The notes under the pieces: model-generated
The model's database searches: none
What the model saw: the letters and a program-made list of their open reading frames with translations, nothing else
What the model was told of the DNA's origin: nothing
Position numbers and translations under genes: made by a program
Part shown: piece after piece, positions 43,182 to 61,271 of the stretch
How positions within the stretch are numbered: the stretch's first letter is position 1
Layout of the letters: each line of letters opens with the position of its first letter
NCBI RefSeq assembly: GCF_013122565.1
Contig: NZ_CP053258.1
Source: Escherichia coli
Lineage (GTDB): Bacteria; Pseudomonadota; Gammaproteobacteria; Enterobacterales; Enterobacteriaceae
DNA: 64,000 bases
Reading direction: 5' to 3' (one strand)

Positions 43182-44114
43182 GTGGATAAAATTTTCGTTG
43201 ATGAAGCAGTAAATGAGCTGCAAACCATTCAGGACATGTTGCGCTGGTCGGTGAGCCGCTTCAGCGCGGCAAATATCTGGTACGGTCACGGCACCGATAA
43301 CCCGTGGGATGAAGCCGTACAGCTGGTGTTGCCTTCGCTCTACCTGCCGCTGGATATCCCGGAAGATATGCGCACCGCGCGTCTGACCTCCAGCGAAAAA
43401 CACCGTATTGTTGAACGCGTGATCCGCCGCGTCAACGAACGCATTCCGGTGGCTTACCTGACCAACAAAGCGTGGTTCTGCGGCCATGAATTTTACGTCG
43501 ATGAACGTGTGCTGGTGCCGCGCTCGCCGATTGGTGAACTGATCAACAATAAATTTGCCGGACTTATCAGCAAGCAACCGCAGCATATTTTAGATATGTG
43601 TACTGGTAGCGGTTGCATCGCCATTGCCTGTGCTTATGCCTTCCCGGATGCGGAAGTCGACGCGGTGGATATCTCTCCCGACGCGCTGGCGGTTGCTGAA
43701 CAGAACATCGAAGAACACGGTCTGATCCACAACGTCATTCCGATTCGTTCCGATCTGTTCCGCGACTTGCCGAAAGTGCAGTACGACCTGATTGTCACTA
43801 ACCCGCCGTATGTCGATGCGGAAGATATGTCCGACCTGCCAAACGAATACCGCCACGAGCCGGAACTGGGCCTGGCATCTGGCACTGACGGCCTGAAACT
43901 GACGCGTCGCATTCTCGGTAACGCGGCAGATTACCTTGCTGATGATGGCGTGTTGATTTGTGAAGTCGGCAACAGCATGGTACATCTTATGGAACAATAT
44001 CCGGATGTTCCGTTCACCTGGCTGGAGTTTGATAACGGCGGCGATGGTGTGTTTATGCTCACCAAAGAGCAGCTTATTGCCGCACGAGAACATTTCGCGA
44101 TTTATAAAGATTAA
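43182..44114 (+). CDS. prmB: Ribosomal protein L3 glutamine methyltransferase PrmB
   Basis: ORF 43107..44114; GTG at 43182 after a GGAGG RBS gives the 310-aa (M)[13 protein letters not shown]...; NPPY methyltransferase motif present. Confidence 0.9.
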
Positions 44115-44148
44115 GTAAACACGCAAACACAACAATAACGGAGCCGTG

Positions 44149-45234
44149 ATGGCTGGAAACACAATTGGACAACTCTTTCGCGTAACCACCTTCGGCGAAT
44201 CGCACGGGCTGGCGCTCGGCTGCATCGTCGATGGTGTTCCGCCAGGCATTCCGCTGACGGAAGCGGACCTGCAACATGACCTCGACCGTCGTCGCCCTGG
44301 GACATCGCGCTATACCACCCAGCGTCGTGAGCCGGATCAGGTCAAAATACTCTCCGGTGTTTTTGAAGGTGTTACTACCGGTACCAGCATCGGTTTGTTG
44401 ATCGAAAATACCGACCAGCGTTCTCAGGATTATAGTGCGATTAAGGACGTTTTCCGTCCGGGTCATGCCGATTACACTTACGAACAAAAATACGGTCTGC
44501 GCGATTATCGCGGCGGCGGACGTTCTTCCGCACGCGAAACCGCCATGCGCGTGGCGGCGGGGGCGATTGCCAAAAAATATCTCGCTGAGAAATTTGGCAT
44601 CGAAATTCGCGGCTGCCTGACCCAGATGGGTGACATTCCGCTGGAAATCAAAGACTGGTCGCTGGTTGAACAAAATCCGTTCTTCTGCCCGGACCCGGAC
44701 AAAATCGACGCGTTAGATGAACTGATGCGCGCGCTGAAAAAAGAGGGCGACTCTATTGGCGCGAAAGTCACCGTTGTTGCCAGTGGCGTCCCCGCCGGAC
44801 TTGGCGAGCCGGTCTTTGACCGTCTGGATGCCGACATCGCCCATGCGCTGATGAGCATCAACGCGGTGAAAGGCGTGGAAATTGGCGACGGTTTTGACGT
44901 GGTGGCGCTGCGCGGCAGCCAGAATCGCGACGAAATCACTAAAGACGGTTTCCAGAGCAACCATGCGGGCGGCATTCTTGGCGGTATCAGCAGCGGGCAG
45001 CAAATCATTGCTCATATGGCGCTGAAACCGACCTCCAGTATTACCGTGCCGGGGCGTACCATTAACCGCTTTGGCGAAGAAGTTGAGATGATCACCAAAG
45101 GCCGTCACGATCCTTGTGTCGGGATCCGCGCGGTGCCGATCGCTGAAGCGATGCTGGCGATCGTTTTAATGGATCACCTGCTACGGCAGCGGGCGCAAAA
45201 TGCCGATGTGAAGACTGATATTCCACGCTGGTAA
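44149..45234 (+). CDS. aroC: Chorismate synthase AroC
   Basis: 361-aa [23 protein letters not shown]... Confidence 0.95.
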
Positions 45235-45237
45235 AAA

Positions 45238-46062
45238 ATGAACAAAACCGCGATTGCGCTGCTGGCTCTGCTTGCCAGTAGCGCCAGCCTGGCAGCGACG
45301 CCGTGGCAAAAAATAACCCAACCTGTGCCGGGTAGCGCACAATCGATAGGCAGTTTTTCTAATGGTTGTATCGTCGGCGCTGACACGTTGCCGATACAGT
45401 CCGAACATTATCAGGTCATGCGTACCGATCAGCGTCGCTATTTCGGTCACCCGGACCTGGTGATGTTTATCCAGCGTCTGAGTAGCCAGGTGAGCAATCT
45501 GGGCATGGGTACGGTGCTGATTGGCGATATGGGGATGCCCGCTGGTGGGCGTTTCAACGGCGGTCACGCCAGCCACCAGACCGGACTGGATGTCGATATC
45601 TTTCTGCAACTGCCGAAAACACGCTGGACCTCCGCACAACTCTTGCGCCCGCAAGCACTGGACTTAGTATCCCGCGACGGTAAACACGTTGTCTCCACGC
45701 TGTGGAAGCCAGAAATTTTCAGCTTGATCAAACTCGCCGCCCAGGACAAAGACGTCACACGGATTTTTGTTAATCCGGCGATTAAACAACAACTTTGCCT
45801 TGATGCGGGTACCGATCGCGACTGGTTGCGCAAAGTGCGACCCTGGTTCCAGCATCGTGCGCATATGCATGTACGATTACGTTGTCCTGCCGATAGTCTG
45901 GAGTGTGAAGATCAACCTTTACCGCCACCAGGCGATGGTTGCGGGGCAGAACTGCAAAGCTGGTTTGAACCTCCAAAACCGGGAACAACAAAGCCTGAGA
46001 AGAAGACACCGCCTCCGTTGCCGCCTTCCTGCCAGGCGCTACTGGATGAGCACGTGATCTAA
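45238..46062 (+). CDS. mepA: Penicillin-insensitive murein DD-endopeptidase MepA
   Basis: 274-aa ORF with signal peptide and LAS metallopeptidase features. Confidence 0.93.
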   Translation: MNKTAIALLALLASSASLAATPWQKITQPVPGSAQSIGSFSNGCIVGADTLPIQSEHYQVMRTDQRRYFGHPDLVMFIQRLSSQVSNLGMGTVLIGDMGMPAGGRFNGGHASHQTGLDVDIFLQLPKTRWTSAQLLRPQALDLVSRDGKHVVSTLWKPEIFSLIKLAAQDKDVTRIFVNPAIKQQLCLDAGTDRDWLRKVRPWFQHRAHMHVRLRCPADSLECEDQPLPPPGDGCGAELQSWFEPPKPGTTKPEKKTPPPLPPSCQALLDEHVI

Positions 46063-46871
46063 TGGAAACGTTTAATAGCCTGTTTATGGTTTCCCCGCTG
46101 TTGCTGGGAGTTCTCTTTTTTGTCGCCATGCTGGCGGGATTTATTGACTCGATTGCCGGTGGCGGTGGGTTACTCACCATTCCGGCATTGATGGCAGCGG
46201 GGATGTCTCCCGCTAATGCGCTGGCAACCAATAAACTGCAAGCCTGCGGCGGCTCTATTTCCGCCACTATCTACTTTATTCGCCGCAAAGTGGTTAGTTT
46301 AAGCGATCAGAAACTCAATATCGCCATGACCTTTGTCGGCTCAATGAGCGGCGCACTGTTGGTACAGTACGTTCAGGCTGATGTCTTACGGCAGATTTTG
46401 CCCATTCTGGTAATTTGTATCGGCCTCTATTTCTTGCTGATGCCAAAGCTGGGTGAAGAAGATCGCCAGCGCCGGATGTACGGTTTACCCTTCGCGTTAA
46501 TTGCCGGTGGCTGCGTCGGTTTTTATGACGGATTCTTTGGTCCGGCAGCCGGATCGTTTTACGCGCTGGCCTTTGTTACGCTGTGCGGATTCAACCTCGC
46601 CAAAGCCACGGCTCACGCCAAATTACTCAACGCAACGTCAAATATCGGCGGTTTACTGCTGTTTATTCTCGGTGGCAAAGTGATTTGGGCGACGGGCTTT
46701 GTCATGCTGGTGGGGCAGTTCCTCGGCGCGCGCATGGGTTCACGACTGGTGTTGAGCAAAGGACAAAAGCTGATCCGCCCGATGATTGTTATCGTCTCGG
46801 CGGTGATGAGTGCCAAATTACTTTACGATAGCCACGGACAGGAGATCCTCCACTGGTTGGGGATGAACTAA
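46062..46871 (+). CDS. yfcA: TSUP-family membrane protein YfcA
   Basis: 269-aa polytopic membrane ORF. Confidence 0.9.
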   Translation: METFNSLFMVSPLLLGVLFFVAMLAGFIDSIAGGGGLLTIPALMAAGMSPANALATNKLQACGGSISATIYFIRRKVVSLSDQKLNIAMTFVGSMSGALLVQYVQADVLRQILPILVICIGLYFLLMPKLGEEDRQRRMYGLPFALIAGGCVGFYDGFFGPAAGSFYALAFVTLCGFNLAKATAHAKLLNATSNIGGLLLFILGGKVIWATGFVMLVGQFLGARMGSRLVLSKGQKLIRPMIVIVSAVMSAKLLYDSHGQEILHWLGMN

Positions 46872-47419
46872 TGAACAGTACACACCACTACGAGCAGTTG
46901 ATTGAAATTTTTAATAGCTGCTTTGCCGATGATTTTAATACCCGTCTGATTAAAGGCGACGACGAACCGATCTATCTTCCTGCTGATGCGGAAGTACCGT
47001 ATAACCGAATCGTCTTTGCTCATGGCTTTTATGCCAGCGCAATTCATGAGATTTCGCACTGGTGTATTGCCGGGAAAGCGCGCCGTGAGCTGGTTGATTT
47101 CGGCTACTGGTATTGCCCGGACGGACGCGATGCCCAGACGCAAAGCCAGTTTGAAGATGTTGAAGTGAAGCCGCAGGCGTTCGACTGGTTGTTCTGCGTG
47201 GCGGCGGGATATCCGTTTAACGTCAGTTGCGACAATCTGGAAGGCGACTTCGAACCGGACCGCGTGGTGTTTCAACGGCGAGTACATGCGCAGGTGATGG
47301 ATTATCTGACAAATGGCATTCCGGAACGCCCGGCACGTTTCATTAAAGCACTACAAAATTATTATCACACGCCGGAACTTACGGCGGAACAGTTCCCGTG
47401 GCCGGAAGCGCTCAACTGA
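46871..47419 (+). CDS. epmC: Elongation factor P hydroxylase EpmC
   Basis: 182-aa ORF MNSTHHYEQLIEIFNSCFADDFNTRLIKGDDEP... Confidence 0.9.
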   Translation: MNSTHHYEQLIEIFNSCFADDFNTRLIKGDDEPIYLPADAEVPYNRIVFAHGFYASAIHEISHWCIAGKARRELVDFGYWYCPDGRDAQTQSQFEDVEVKPQAFDWLFCVAAGYPFNVSCDNLEGDFEPDRVVFQRRVHAQVMDYLTNGIPERPARFIKALQNYYHTPELTAEQFPWPEALN

Positions 47420-47452
47420 AGCCAGCGCCACGTTTTACAATGAGGAAAGAAG

Positions 47453-47731
47453 ATGATCGCGGAGTTTGAATCACGCATTCTGGCATTAATCGACGGTATG
47501 GTTGACCATGCCAGTGATGATGAGTTGTTTGCCAGTGGGTATTTGCGTGGCCACCTGACATTAGCCATCGCAGAACTGGAAAGTGGTGATGACCACTCCG
47601 CTCAGGCGGTGCATACGACCGTTAGCCAGAGTCTGGAAAAAGCCATTGGTGCTGGTGAATTGTCGCCGCGTGACCAGGCGCTGGTGACCGATATGTGGGA
47701 AAACCTGTTTCAGCAGGCGTCACAGCAGTAA
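47453..47731 (+). CDS. yfcL: Uncharacterised protein YfcL
   Basis: 92-aa [37 protein letters not shown]... Confidence 0.88.
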
Positions 47732-47739
47732 GTTGCGGT

Positions 47740-47790
<51 letters not shown>

Positions 47791-47887
47791 ACGTCACACG
47801 TAGATACTGTTATGGCCTGCAAGTTTTTTTCTACCCCGGTTTCCCGGATTGCAGGCATGCCAGATACAGCGCCGTCAGGCGCTGTTG

Positions 47888-49112
<1,225 letters not shown>

Positions 49113-49129
49113 AACACTGCGAGAGCAGA

Positions 49130-51202
<2,073 letters not shown>

Positions 51203-51294
51203 CTATTAATTGGCTGATCGGACTTGTTCGGCGTACAAGTGTACGCTATTGTGCATTCGAAACTTACTCTATGTGCGACTTACAGAGGTATTGA

Positions 51295-52515
51295 ATGAAA
51301 CGTGCAGTGATTACTGGCCTGGGCATTGTTTCCAGCATCGGTAATAACCAGCAGGAAGTCCTGGCATCTCTGCGTGAAGGACGTTCAGGGATCACTTTCT
51401 CTCAGGAGCTGAAGGATTCCGGCATGCGTAGCCACGTCTGGGGCAACGTAAAACTGGATACCACTGGCCTCATTGACCGCAAAGTTGTGCGCTTTATGAG
51501 CGACGCATCCATTTATGCATTCCTTTCTATGGAGCAGGCAATCGCTGATGCGGGCCTCTCTCCGGAAGCTTACCAGAATAACCCGCGCGTTGGCCTGATT
51601 GCAGGTTCCGGCGGCGGCTCCCCGCGTTTCCAGGTGTTCGGCGCTGACGCAATGCGCGGTCCGCGCGGCCTGAAAGCGGTTGGCCCATATGTGGTCACCA
51701 AAGCGATGGCATCCGGCGTTTCTGCATGTCTCGCCACGCCGTTTAAAATTCATGGCGTTAACTACTCCATCAGCTCCGCGTGTGCGACTTCCGCACACTG
51801 TATCGGTAACGCAGTAGAGCAGATCCAACTGGGCAAACAGGACATCGTGTTTGCTGGCGGCGGCGAAGAGCTGTGCTGGGAAATGGCTTGCGAATTCGAC
51901 GCAATGGGTGCGCTGTCTACTAAATACAACGACACCCCGGAAAAAGCCTCCCGTACTTACGATGCTCACCGTGACGGTTTCGTTATCGCTGGCGGCGGCG
52001 GTATGGTGGTGGTTGAAGAGCTGGAACACGCGCTGGCGCGTGGTGCTCACATCTATGCTGAAATCGTTGGCTACGGCGCAACCTCTGATGGCGCAGACAT
52101 GGTTGCTCCGTCTGGCGAAGGCGCAGTACGTTGTATGCAGATGGCGATGCATGGCGTTGATACCCCAATCGATTACCTGAACTCTCACGGTACTTCGACT
52201 CCGGTTGGCGACGTGAAAGAGCTGGCAGCTATCCGTGAAGTGTTCGGCGATAAGAGCCCGGCGATTTCTGCAACCAAAGCCATGACCGGTCACTCTCTGG
52301 GCGCTGCGGGTGTGCAGGAAGCTATCTACTCTCTGCTGATGCTGGAACACGGCTTTATCGCCCCGAGCATCAACATTGAAGAGCTGGACGAGCAGGCTGC
52401 GGGTCTGAACATCGTGACCGAAACGACCGATCGCGAACTGACCACTGTTATGTCTAACAGCTTCGGCTTCGGCGGCACCAACGCCACGCTGGTAATGCGC
52501 AAGCTGAAAGATTAA
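51295..52515 (+). CDS. fabB: 3-oxoacyl-ACP synthase I FabB
   Basis: 406-aa [25 protein letters not shown]... with the active-site Cys region (SSACATSAH). Confidence 0.96.
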   Translation: MKRAVITGLGIVSSIGNNQQEVLASLREGRSGITFSQELKDSGMRSHVWGNVKLDTTGLIDRKVVRFMSDASIYAFLSMEQAIADAGLSPEAYQNNPRVGLIAGSGGGSPRFQVFGADAMRGPRGLKAVGPYVVTKAMASGVSACLATPFKIHGVNYSISSACATSAHCIGNAVEQIQLGKQDIVFAGGGEELCWEMACEFDAMGALSTKYNDTPEKASRTYDAHRDGFVIAGGGGMVVVEELEHALARGAHIYAEIVGYGATSDGADMVAPSGEGAVRCMQMAMHGVDTPIDYLNSHGTSTPVGDVKELAAIREVFGDKSPAISATKAMTGHSLGAAGVQEAIYSLLMLEHGFIAPSINIEELDEQAAGLNIVTETTDRELTTVMSNSFGFGGTNATLVMRKLKD

Positions 52516-52518
52516 TTC

Positions 52519-52630
52519 GTAGTAGGTCGGAGTAGTCGGAGTAGGTCGGATAAGACGCGCCAGCGTCGCATCCGACGTTACGCGTCAGCGTCGCATCCGA
52601 CGTTACGCGCCAATGCGGCCTCCGGCACTA
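52519..52630. repeat. BIME/REP cluster downstream of fabB
   Basis: Tandem and inverted copies of ggtcggataagacgcg... / gcgtcgcatccgacgttacgcg REP-like palindromes. Confidence 0.75.
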
Positions 52631-52820
52631 ACGCAAAAGGGAACCTGATGGTTCCCTTTTTCACATCATTGACAATCGCCGCCTGTTCCAGGCAAACTTC
52701 CCGCTTTGTCGATTTCCTTCTGAAAAGACGTACGCGTTAAATCCTGCCAACGCACCGTAACCCTGAAACCAGAGAGATGAGACGGGGAAATTCCTCGCCT
52801 TGCGCTGCATTCTGGAGTAA

Positions 52821-54994
<2,174 letters not shown>

Positions 54995-55092
54995 TACGTA
55001 TCCTTATACCTGAAATCTTCGCAAGTATGCCTGGCCGCGAGATTATGGCACACTTGTCCGGTTAACTCTCGTCTCATACAGGTAACACAAAC

Positions 55093-56229
55093 GTGAAAAT
55101 CCTTGTTGATGAAAATATGCCTTATGCCCGCGACTTATTTAGCCGTTTGGGTGAGGTGATCGCGGTTCCCGGGCGTCCAATCCCCGTCGCTCAACTGGCA
55201 GACGCGGATGCGCTGATGGTGCGTTCGGTCACGAAAGTGAATGAATCTTTGCTGGCAGGAAAACCCATTAAATTTGTTGGCACTGCCACTGCGGGGACCG
55301 ACCATGTCGATGAAGCATGGTTGAAGCAGGCGGGAATTGGTTTTTCCGCTGCACCTGGCTGTAATGCGATTGCGGTGGTGGAATATGTTTTCTCCTCCCT
55401 GCTGATGCTTGCCGAACGCGATGGATTTTCACTGCACGAGCGTACCGTGGGGATCGTGGGCGTTGGTAACGTTGGTCGGCGTTTACAGGCACGACTGGAA
55501 GCGTTAGGGATTAAAACCTTACTTTGCGATCCGCCTCGCGCCGACCGTGGGGATGAGGGTGATTTCCGCTCGCTGGATGAATTAGTTCAGCATGCGGATA
55601 TTCTGACTTTCCATACGCCACTCTTCAAAGACGGGCAGTACAAAACGCTGCATCTGGCGGATGAAAAACTGATCCGCAGCCTGAAACCGGGAGCGATTCT
55701 GATTAACGCCTGCCGTGGCGCAGTCGTCGATAATACCGCGCTGCTGACCTGCCTGAACGAAGGCCAGAAGTTAAGCGTAGTGCTGGATGTCTGGGAAGGC
55801 GAACCGGAACTCAACGTCGAGCTGCTGAAAAAAGTGGATATCGGCACGCCGCATATCGCAGGCTATACCCTGGAAGGTAAAGCACGCGGTACTACGCAAG
55901 TGTTTGAAGCCTATAGCAAGTTTATTGGGCATGAACAGCACGTTGCGCTGGATACATTACTGCCCGCGCCAGAGTTTGGTCGCATTACGCTGCATGGCCC
56001 GCTCGATCAACCGACGCTGAAAAGGCTGGTGCATTTGGTGTATGATGTGCGCCGCGATGACGCACCGCTGCGTAAAGTCGCCGGGATACCGGGTGAGTTC
56101 GATAAACTGCGCAAAAACTATCTTGAGCGCCGTGAATGGTCATCTCTGTATGTAATTTGTGATGACGCCAGTGCGGCATCATTGCTGTGTAAACTGGGTT
56201 TTAACGCCGTTCATCATCCGGCACGTTAA
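55093..56229 (+). CDS. pdxB: Erythronate-4-phosphate dehydrogenase PdxB
   Basis: 378-aa ORF starting at [19 protein letters not shown]...; D-2-hydroxyacid dehydrogenase fold. Confidence 0.93.
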   Translation: MKILVDENMPYARDLFSRLGEVIAVPGRPIPVAQLADADALMVRSVTKVNESLLAGKPIKFVGTATAGTDHVDEAWLKQAGIGFSAAPGCNAIAVVEYVFSSLLMLAERDGFSLHERTVGIVGVGNVGRRLQARLEALGIKTLLCDPPRADRGDEGDFRSLDELVQHADILTFHTPLFKDGQYKTLHLADEKLIRSLKPGAILINACRGAVVDNTALLTCLNEGQKLSVVLDVWEGEPELNVELLKKVDIGTPHIAGYTLEGKARGTTQVFEAYSKFIGHEQHVALDTLLPAPEFGRITLHGPLDQPTLKRLVHLVYDVRRDDAPLRKVAGIPGEFDKLRKNYLERREWSSLYVICDDASAASLLCKLGFNAVHHPAR

Positions 56230-56295
56230 TCTCTTCTTCATGCTCTCTGCTGTAACATTGGCAGGGAGCTTTGCTATTTCTGGAGTAAAACCACC

Positions 56296-57309
56296 ATGTC
56301 TGAAGGCTGGAACATTGCCGTCCTGGGCGCAACTGGCGCTGTGGGCGAAGCCCTGCTTGAAACGCTGGCTGAACGTCAGTTCCCGGTTGGGGAAATTTAT
56401 GCACTGGCACGTAACGAAAGCGCAGGCGAACAACTGCGCTTTGGTGGTAAGACAGTCACCGTGCAGGATGCTGCTGAATTCGACTGGACGCAGGCGCAGC
56501 TGGCATTTTTTGTCGCAGGCAAAGAAGCTACCGCAGCCTGGGTTGAAGAAGCGACCAACTCAGGTTGCCTGGTGATCGACAGCAGCGGATTGTTTGCTCT
56601 CGAACCCGACGTACCGCTGGTGGTGCCGGAAGTAAACCCGTTTGTACTGACAGATTACCGGAACCGGAATGTCATCGCCGTACCAGACAGTCTGACCAGC
56701 CAGCTGCTGGCGGCACTGAAACCGTTAATCGATCAGGGCGGTTTGTCGCGTATCAGTGTTACCAGCCTGATTTCAGCCTCCGCCCAGGGCAAAAAAGCGG
56801 TCGATGCGTTAGCGGGGCAGAGTGCGAAATTGCTCAACGGCATTCCGATTGACGAAGAAGATTTCTTCGGGCGTCAGCTGGCGTTCAACATGCTGCCGTT
56901 ACTGCCGGATAGCGAAGGTAGCGTGCGTGAAGAACGTCGTATCGTTGACGAAGTCCGCAAAATCCTGCAGGACGAAGGGCTGATGATTTCGGCAAGCGTC
57001 GTCCAGGCACCGGTATTCTACGGTCATGCCCAGATGGTCAACTTTGAAGCACTGCGTCCGCTGGCGGCAGAAGAAGCGCGTGATGCGTTTTCTCAGGGCG
57101 AAGATATTGTGCTCTCTGAAGAGAACGAATTCCCGACTCAGGTGGGGGATGCTTCTGGTACGCCGCATCTTTCTGTTGGCTGCGTGCGTAATGACTACGG
57201 TATGCCGGAGCAAGTCCAGTTCTGGTCGGTGGCTGATAACGTTCGCTTTGGCGGCGCGCTGATGGCAGTAAAAATCGCCGAGAAGCTGGTGCAGGAGTAT
57301 CTGTACTAA
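56296..57309 (+). CDS. usg: Aspartate-semialdehyde dehydrogenase paralogue Usg
   Basis: 337-aa [25 protein letters not shown]... with Rossmann motif. Confidence 0.92.
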
Positions 57310-58121
57310 TGTCCGACCAGCAACAACCGCCAGTTTATAAAATTGCGCTGGGTATTGAGTACGACGGCAGTAGGTATTATGGCTGGCAACGGCAGAATGA
57401 AGTCCGCAGTGTGCAGGAGAAGCTGGAGAAGGCGCTCTCCCAGGTGGCGAACGAACCCATCACCGTCTTCTGCGCCGGGCGCACTGACGCAGGGGTACAC
57501 GGTACCGGGCAGGTTGTGCATTTCGAAACAACCGCGCAGCGCAAAGACGCTGCGTGGACGTTGGGCGTAAATGCGAATTTACCTGGTGACATCGCCGTGC
57601 GTTGGGTTAAAGCTGTACCTGATGATTTTCATGCCCGATTTAGCGCCACGGCTCGCCGTTATCGCTACATCATCTACAATCATCGGCTGCGCCCGGCGGT
57701 ACTGAGTAAAGGGGTAACCCATTTTTACGAACCGCTGGACGCTGAACGGATGCATCGGGCTGCGCAATGCTTGCTGGGCGAGAATGATTTCACCTCGTTC
57801 CGTGCGGTGCAGTGCCAGTCCCGAACCCCGTGGCGCAACGTTATGCATATTAATGTCACGCGTCACGGTCCTTATGTGGTGGTTGATATCAAAGCGAATG
57901 CCTTTGTACATCATATGGTCAGGAATATTGTCGGCAGCCTGATGGAAGTCGGTGCCCACAACCAGCCGGAGAGCTGGATAGCAGAGTTGCTGGCGGCAAA
58001 GGACAGAACGCTGGCGGCAGCAACGGCAAAAGCGGAAGGGCTGTATCTGGTCGCGGTGGATTACCCTGACCGGTATGATCTTCCAAAACCGCCAATGGGC
58101 CCGCTATTTCTGGCGGACTAA
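57309..58121 (+). CDS. truA: tRNA pseudouridine(38-40) synthase TruA
   Basis: 270-aa ORF with the catalytic RTDAGVH motif. Confidence 0.95.
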
Positions 58122-58203
58122 CGAGAATAATGCTCGGAACATTTCAGGCTGTAGCCAACGTAGTTACAGCCTGAAAGATGACGAGTACAAGGCATAGGCA
58201 AAT

Positions 58204-58863
58204 ATGGACCTGATTTATTTCCTCATCGATTTTATCCTGCACATTGACGTGCATCTGGCAGAGCTGGTCGCGGAGTACGGCGTCTGGGTTTATGCCATTT
58301 TGTTCTTAATTTTGTTCTGTGAAACCGGTCTGGTGGTAACGCCGTTTTTACCGGGTGATTCATTGCTGTTTGTTGCCGGAGCGTTGGCATCACTGGAAAC
58401 CAACGATCTCAACGTCCATATGATGGTGGTGCTGATGCTGATCGCCGCGATTGTGGGTGACGCGGTCAATTACACTATCGGGCGGTTGTTCGGTGAAAAG
58501 TTATTCAGTAATCCCAATTCGAAAATTTTCCGTCGCAGTTATCTCGACAAAACCCATCAGTTTTATGAGAAACATGGCGGCAAAACGATTATTCTCGCCC
58601 GTTTTGTGCCGATCGTCAGAACGTTCGCCCCGTTTGTTGCGGGAATGGGCCACATGTCGTACCGTCATTTCGCCGCTTATAACGTGATCGGCGCACTGTT
58701 GTGGGTACTGCTTTTTACCTACGCAGGCTATTTCTTCGGTACAATCCCGATGGTTCAGGATAACCTTAAGCTGCTGATCGTCGGGATTATTGTGGTGTCT
58801 ATTTTGCCGGGCGTCATCGAAATAATCCGTCACAAACGCGCTGCGGCACGCGCCGCAAAATAA
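58204..58863 (+). CDS. dedA: DedA-family inner-membrane protein
   Basis: 219-aa polytopic ORF. Confidence 0.92.
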   Translation: MDLIYFLIDFILHIDVHLAELVAEYGVWVYAILFLILFCETGLVVTPFLPGDSLLFVAGALASLETNDLNVHMMVVLMLIAAIVGDAVNYTIGRLFGEKLFSNPNSKIFRRSYLDKTHQFYEKHGGKTIILARFVPIVRTFAPFVAGMGHMSYRHFAAYNVIGALLWVLLFTYAGYFFGTIPMVQDNLKLLIVGIIVVSILPGVIEIIRHKRAAARAAK

Positions 58864-59018
58864 AAAGTAACTCCGCGGTTCGACCACTTTTTTATCCAAA
58901 GTTTCGGGCTGTTATGTTTTAATGTGCAACATTCATGGTCTGTTGGGGGCAAAAATGGCATTATGCGTCCCCAAAGATAAAACTGGCATCGAACCAGGTT
59001 CAGACAGAAAGGTCCCTA

Positions 59019-59933
59019 ATGAGCTGGATTGAACGAATTAAAAGCAACATTACTCCCACCCGCAAGGCGAGCATTCCTGAAGGGGTGTGGACTAAGTGTG
59101 ATAGCTGCGGTCAGGTTTTATACCGCGCTGAGCTGGAACGTAATCTTGAGGTCTGTCCGAAGTGTGACCATCACATGCGTATGACAGCGCGTAATCGCCT
59201 GCATAGCCTGTTAGATGAAGGAAGCCTTGTGGAGCTGGGTAGCGAGCTTGAGCCGAAAGATGTGCTGAAGTTTCGTGACTCCAAGAAGTATAAAGACCGT
59301 CTGGCATCTGCGCAGAAAGAAACCGGCGAAAAAGATGCGCTTGTGGTGATGAAAGGCACTCTGTATGGAATGCCGGTTGTCGCTGCGGCATTCGAGTTCG
59401 CCTTTATGGGCGGTTCAATGGGGTCTGTTGTGGGTGCACGTTTCGTGCGTGCCGTTGAGCAGGCGCTGGAAGATAACTGCCCGCTGATCTGCTTCTCCGC
59501 CTCTGGTGGCGCACGTATGCAGGAAGCACTGATGTCGCTGATGCAGATGGCGAAAACCTCTGCGGCACTGGCAAAAATGCAGGAGCGCGGCTTGCCGTAC
59601 ATCTCCGTGCTGACCGACCCGACGATGGGCGGTGTTTCTGCAAGTTTCGCCATGCTGGGCGATCTCAACATCGCTGAACCGAAAGCGTTAATCGGCTTTG
59701 CCGGTCCGCGTGTTATCGAACAGACCGTTCGCGAAAAACTGCCGCCAGGATTCCAGCGCAGTGAATTCCTGATCGAGAAAGGCGCGATCGACATGATCGT
59801 CCGTCGTCCGGAAATGCGCCTGAAACTGGCGAGCATTCTGGCGAAGTTGATGAATCTGCCAGCGCCGAATCCTGAAGCGCCGCGTGAAGGCGTAGTGGTA
59901 CCCCCGGTACCGGATCAGGAACCTGAGGCCTGA
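59019..59933 (+). CDS. accD: Acetyl-CoA carboxylase carboxyltransferase beta subunit AccD
   Basis: ORF 58935..59933; ATG at 59019 gives the 304-aa [32 protein letters not shown]... with Cys4 zinc finger. Confidence 0.95.
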
Positions 59934-59941
59934 TAACTGAT

Positions 59942-59969
59942 AAGGGCAGGGCCACTGGCTCTGCCCTTT
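59942..59969 (+). terminator. Rho-independent terminator after accD
   Basis: agggcag...ctgccct stem followed by TTTT. Confidence 0.55.
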
Positions 59970-60002
59970 TGCTATTCTCACCGTAACGAATCAGCGGATA
60001 CC

Positions 60003-61271
60003 ATGATTATCAAACGCACTCCTCAAGCCGCGTCGCCTCTGGCTTCGTGGCTTTCTTATCTGGAAAACCTGCACAGTAAAACTATCGATCTCGGCCTTGA
60101 GCGCGTGAGCCAGGTCGCGGCGCGTCTTGGCGTTCTGAAACCAGCGCCCTTTGTGTTTACCGTTGCGGGTACGAATGGCAAAGGCACCACCTGCCGTACG
60201 CTGGAGTCGATTCTGATGGCGGCAGGGTACAAAGTGGGCGTCTACAGTTCGCCTCATCTGGTGCGTTATACCGAGCGCGTACGTGTGCAGGGTCAGGAAT
60301 TGCCGGAATCGGCCCACACCGCCTCTTTTGCGGAGATTGAATCGGCACGCGGTGATATTTCCCTGACCTATTTCGAGTACGGTACGCTGTCGGCGTTGTG
60401 GCTGTTCAAACAGGCACAACTTGACGTGGTGATTCTGGAAGTAGGGCTGGGTGGTCGTCTGGACGCAACCAATATTGTCGATGCCGATGTCGCGGTAGTA
60501 ACCAGTATTGCGCTTGATCATACCGACTGGCTGGGGCCAGATCGTGAAAGTATTGGTCGCGAGAAAGCAGGCATCTTTCGTAGCGAAAAACCGGCAATTG
60601 TCGGTGAGCCGGAAATGCCTTCTACTATTGCTGATGTGGCGCAGGAAAAAGGTGCACTGTTACAACGTCGGGGCGTTGAGTGGAACTATTCCGTCACCGA
60701 TCATGACTGGACGTTTAGCGATGCTCACGGCACGCTGGAAAACCTGCCGTTGCCGCTTGTCCCGCAACCGAATGCCGCAACGGCGCTGGCGGCACTGCGT
60801 GCCAGCGGGCTGGAGGTCAGTGAAAATGCCATTCGCGACGGGATTGCCAGCGCAATTTTGCCGGGACGTTTCCAGATTGTGAGCGAGTCGCCACGCGTTA
60901 TTTTTGATGTCGCGCATAATCCACATGCGGCGGAATATCTTACCGGGCGTATGAAAGCGCTACCGAAAAACGGGCGCGTGCTGGCGGTTATCGGTATGCT
61001 ACATGATAAAGATATTGCCGGAACTCTGGCCTGGTTGAAAAGCGTGGTTGATGACTGGTATTGTGCGCCACTGGAAGGGCCGCGCGGTGCCACGGCAGAA
61101 CAACTGCTTGAGCATTTGGGTAACGGCAAATCATTTGATAGCGTGGCGCAGGCATGGGATGCCGCAATGGCGGACGCTAAAGCGGAAGATACCGTGCTGG
61201 TGTGTGGTTCGTTCCACACGGTCGCACATGTCATGGAAGTGATTGACGCGAGGAGAAGCGGTGGCAAGTAA
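60003..61271 (+). CDS. folC: Dihydrofolate synthase/folylpolyglutamate synthase FolC
   Basis: 422-aa ORF with P-loop (VAGTNGKGT). Confidence 0.95.
   Translation: MIIKRTPQAASPLASWLSYLENLHSKTIDLGLERVSQVAARLGVLKPAPFVFTVAGTNGKGTTCRTLESILMAAGYKVGVYSSPHLVRYTERVRVQGQELPESAHTASFAEIESARGDISLTYFEYGTLSALWLFKQAQLDVVILEVGLGGRLDATNIVDADVAVVTSIALDHTDWLGPDRESIGREKAGIFRSEKPAIVGEPEMPSTIADVAQEKGALLQRRGVEWNYSVTDHDWTFSDAHGTLENLPLPLVPQPNAATALAALRASGLEVSENAIRDGIASAILPGRFQIVSESPRVIFDVAHNPHAAEYLTGRMKALPKNGRVLAVIGMLHDKDIAGTLAWLKSVVDDWYCAPLEGPRGATAEQLLEHLGNGKSFDSVAQAWDAAMADAKAEDTVLVCGSFHTVAHVMEVIDARRSGGK

Noticed and set aside
43590-44249. 219-aa minus-strand ORF
   Set aside because: Antisense to prmB and the aroC start; no recognisable motifs; shadow ORF.
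44074-44673. 199-aa minus-strand ORF
   Set aside because: Antisense to aroC; shadow ORF.
51385-52350. 321-aa minus-strand ORF
   Set aside because: Lies entirely antisense within fabB, which is a confident conserved gene; a high-GC shadow ORF.
59171-59836. 221-aa minus-strand ORF
   Set aside because: Antisense to accD; shadow ORF.
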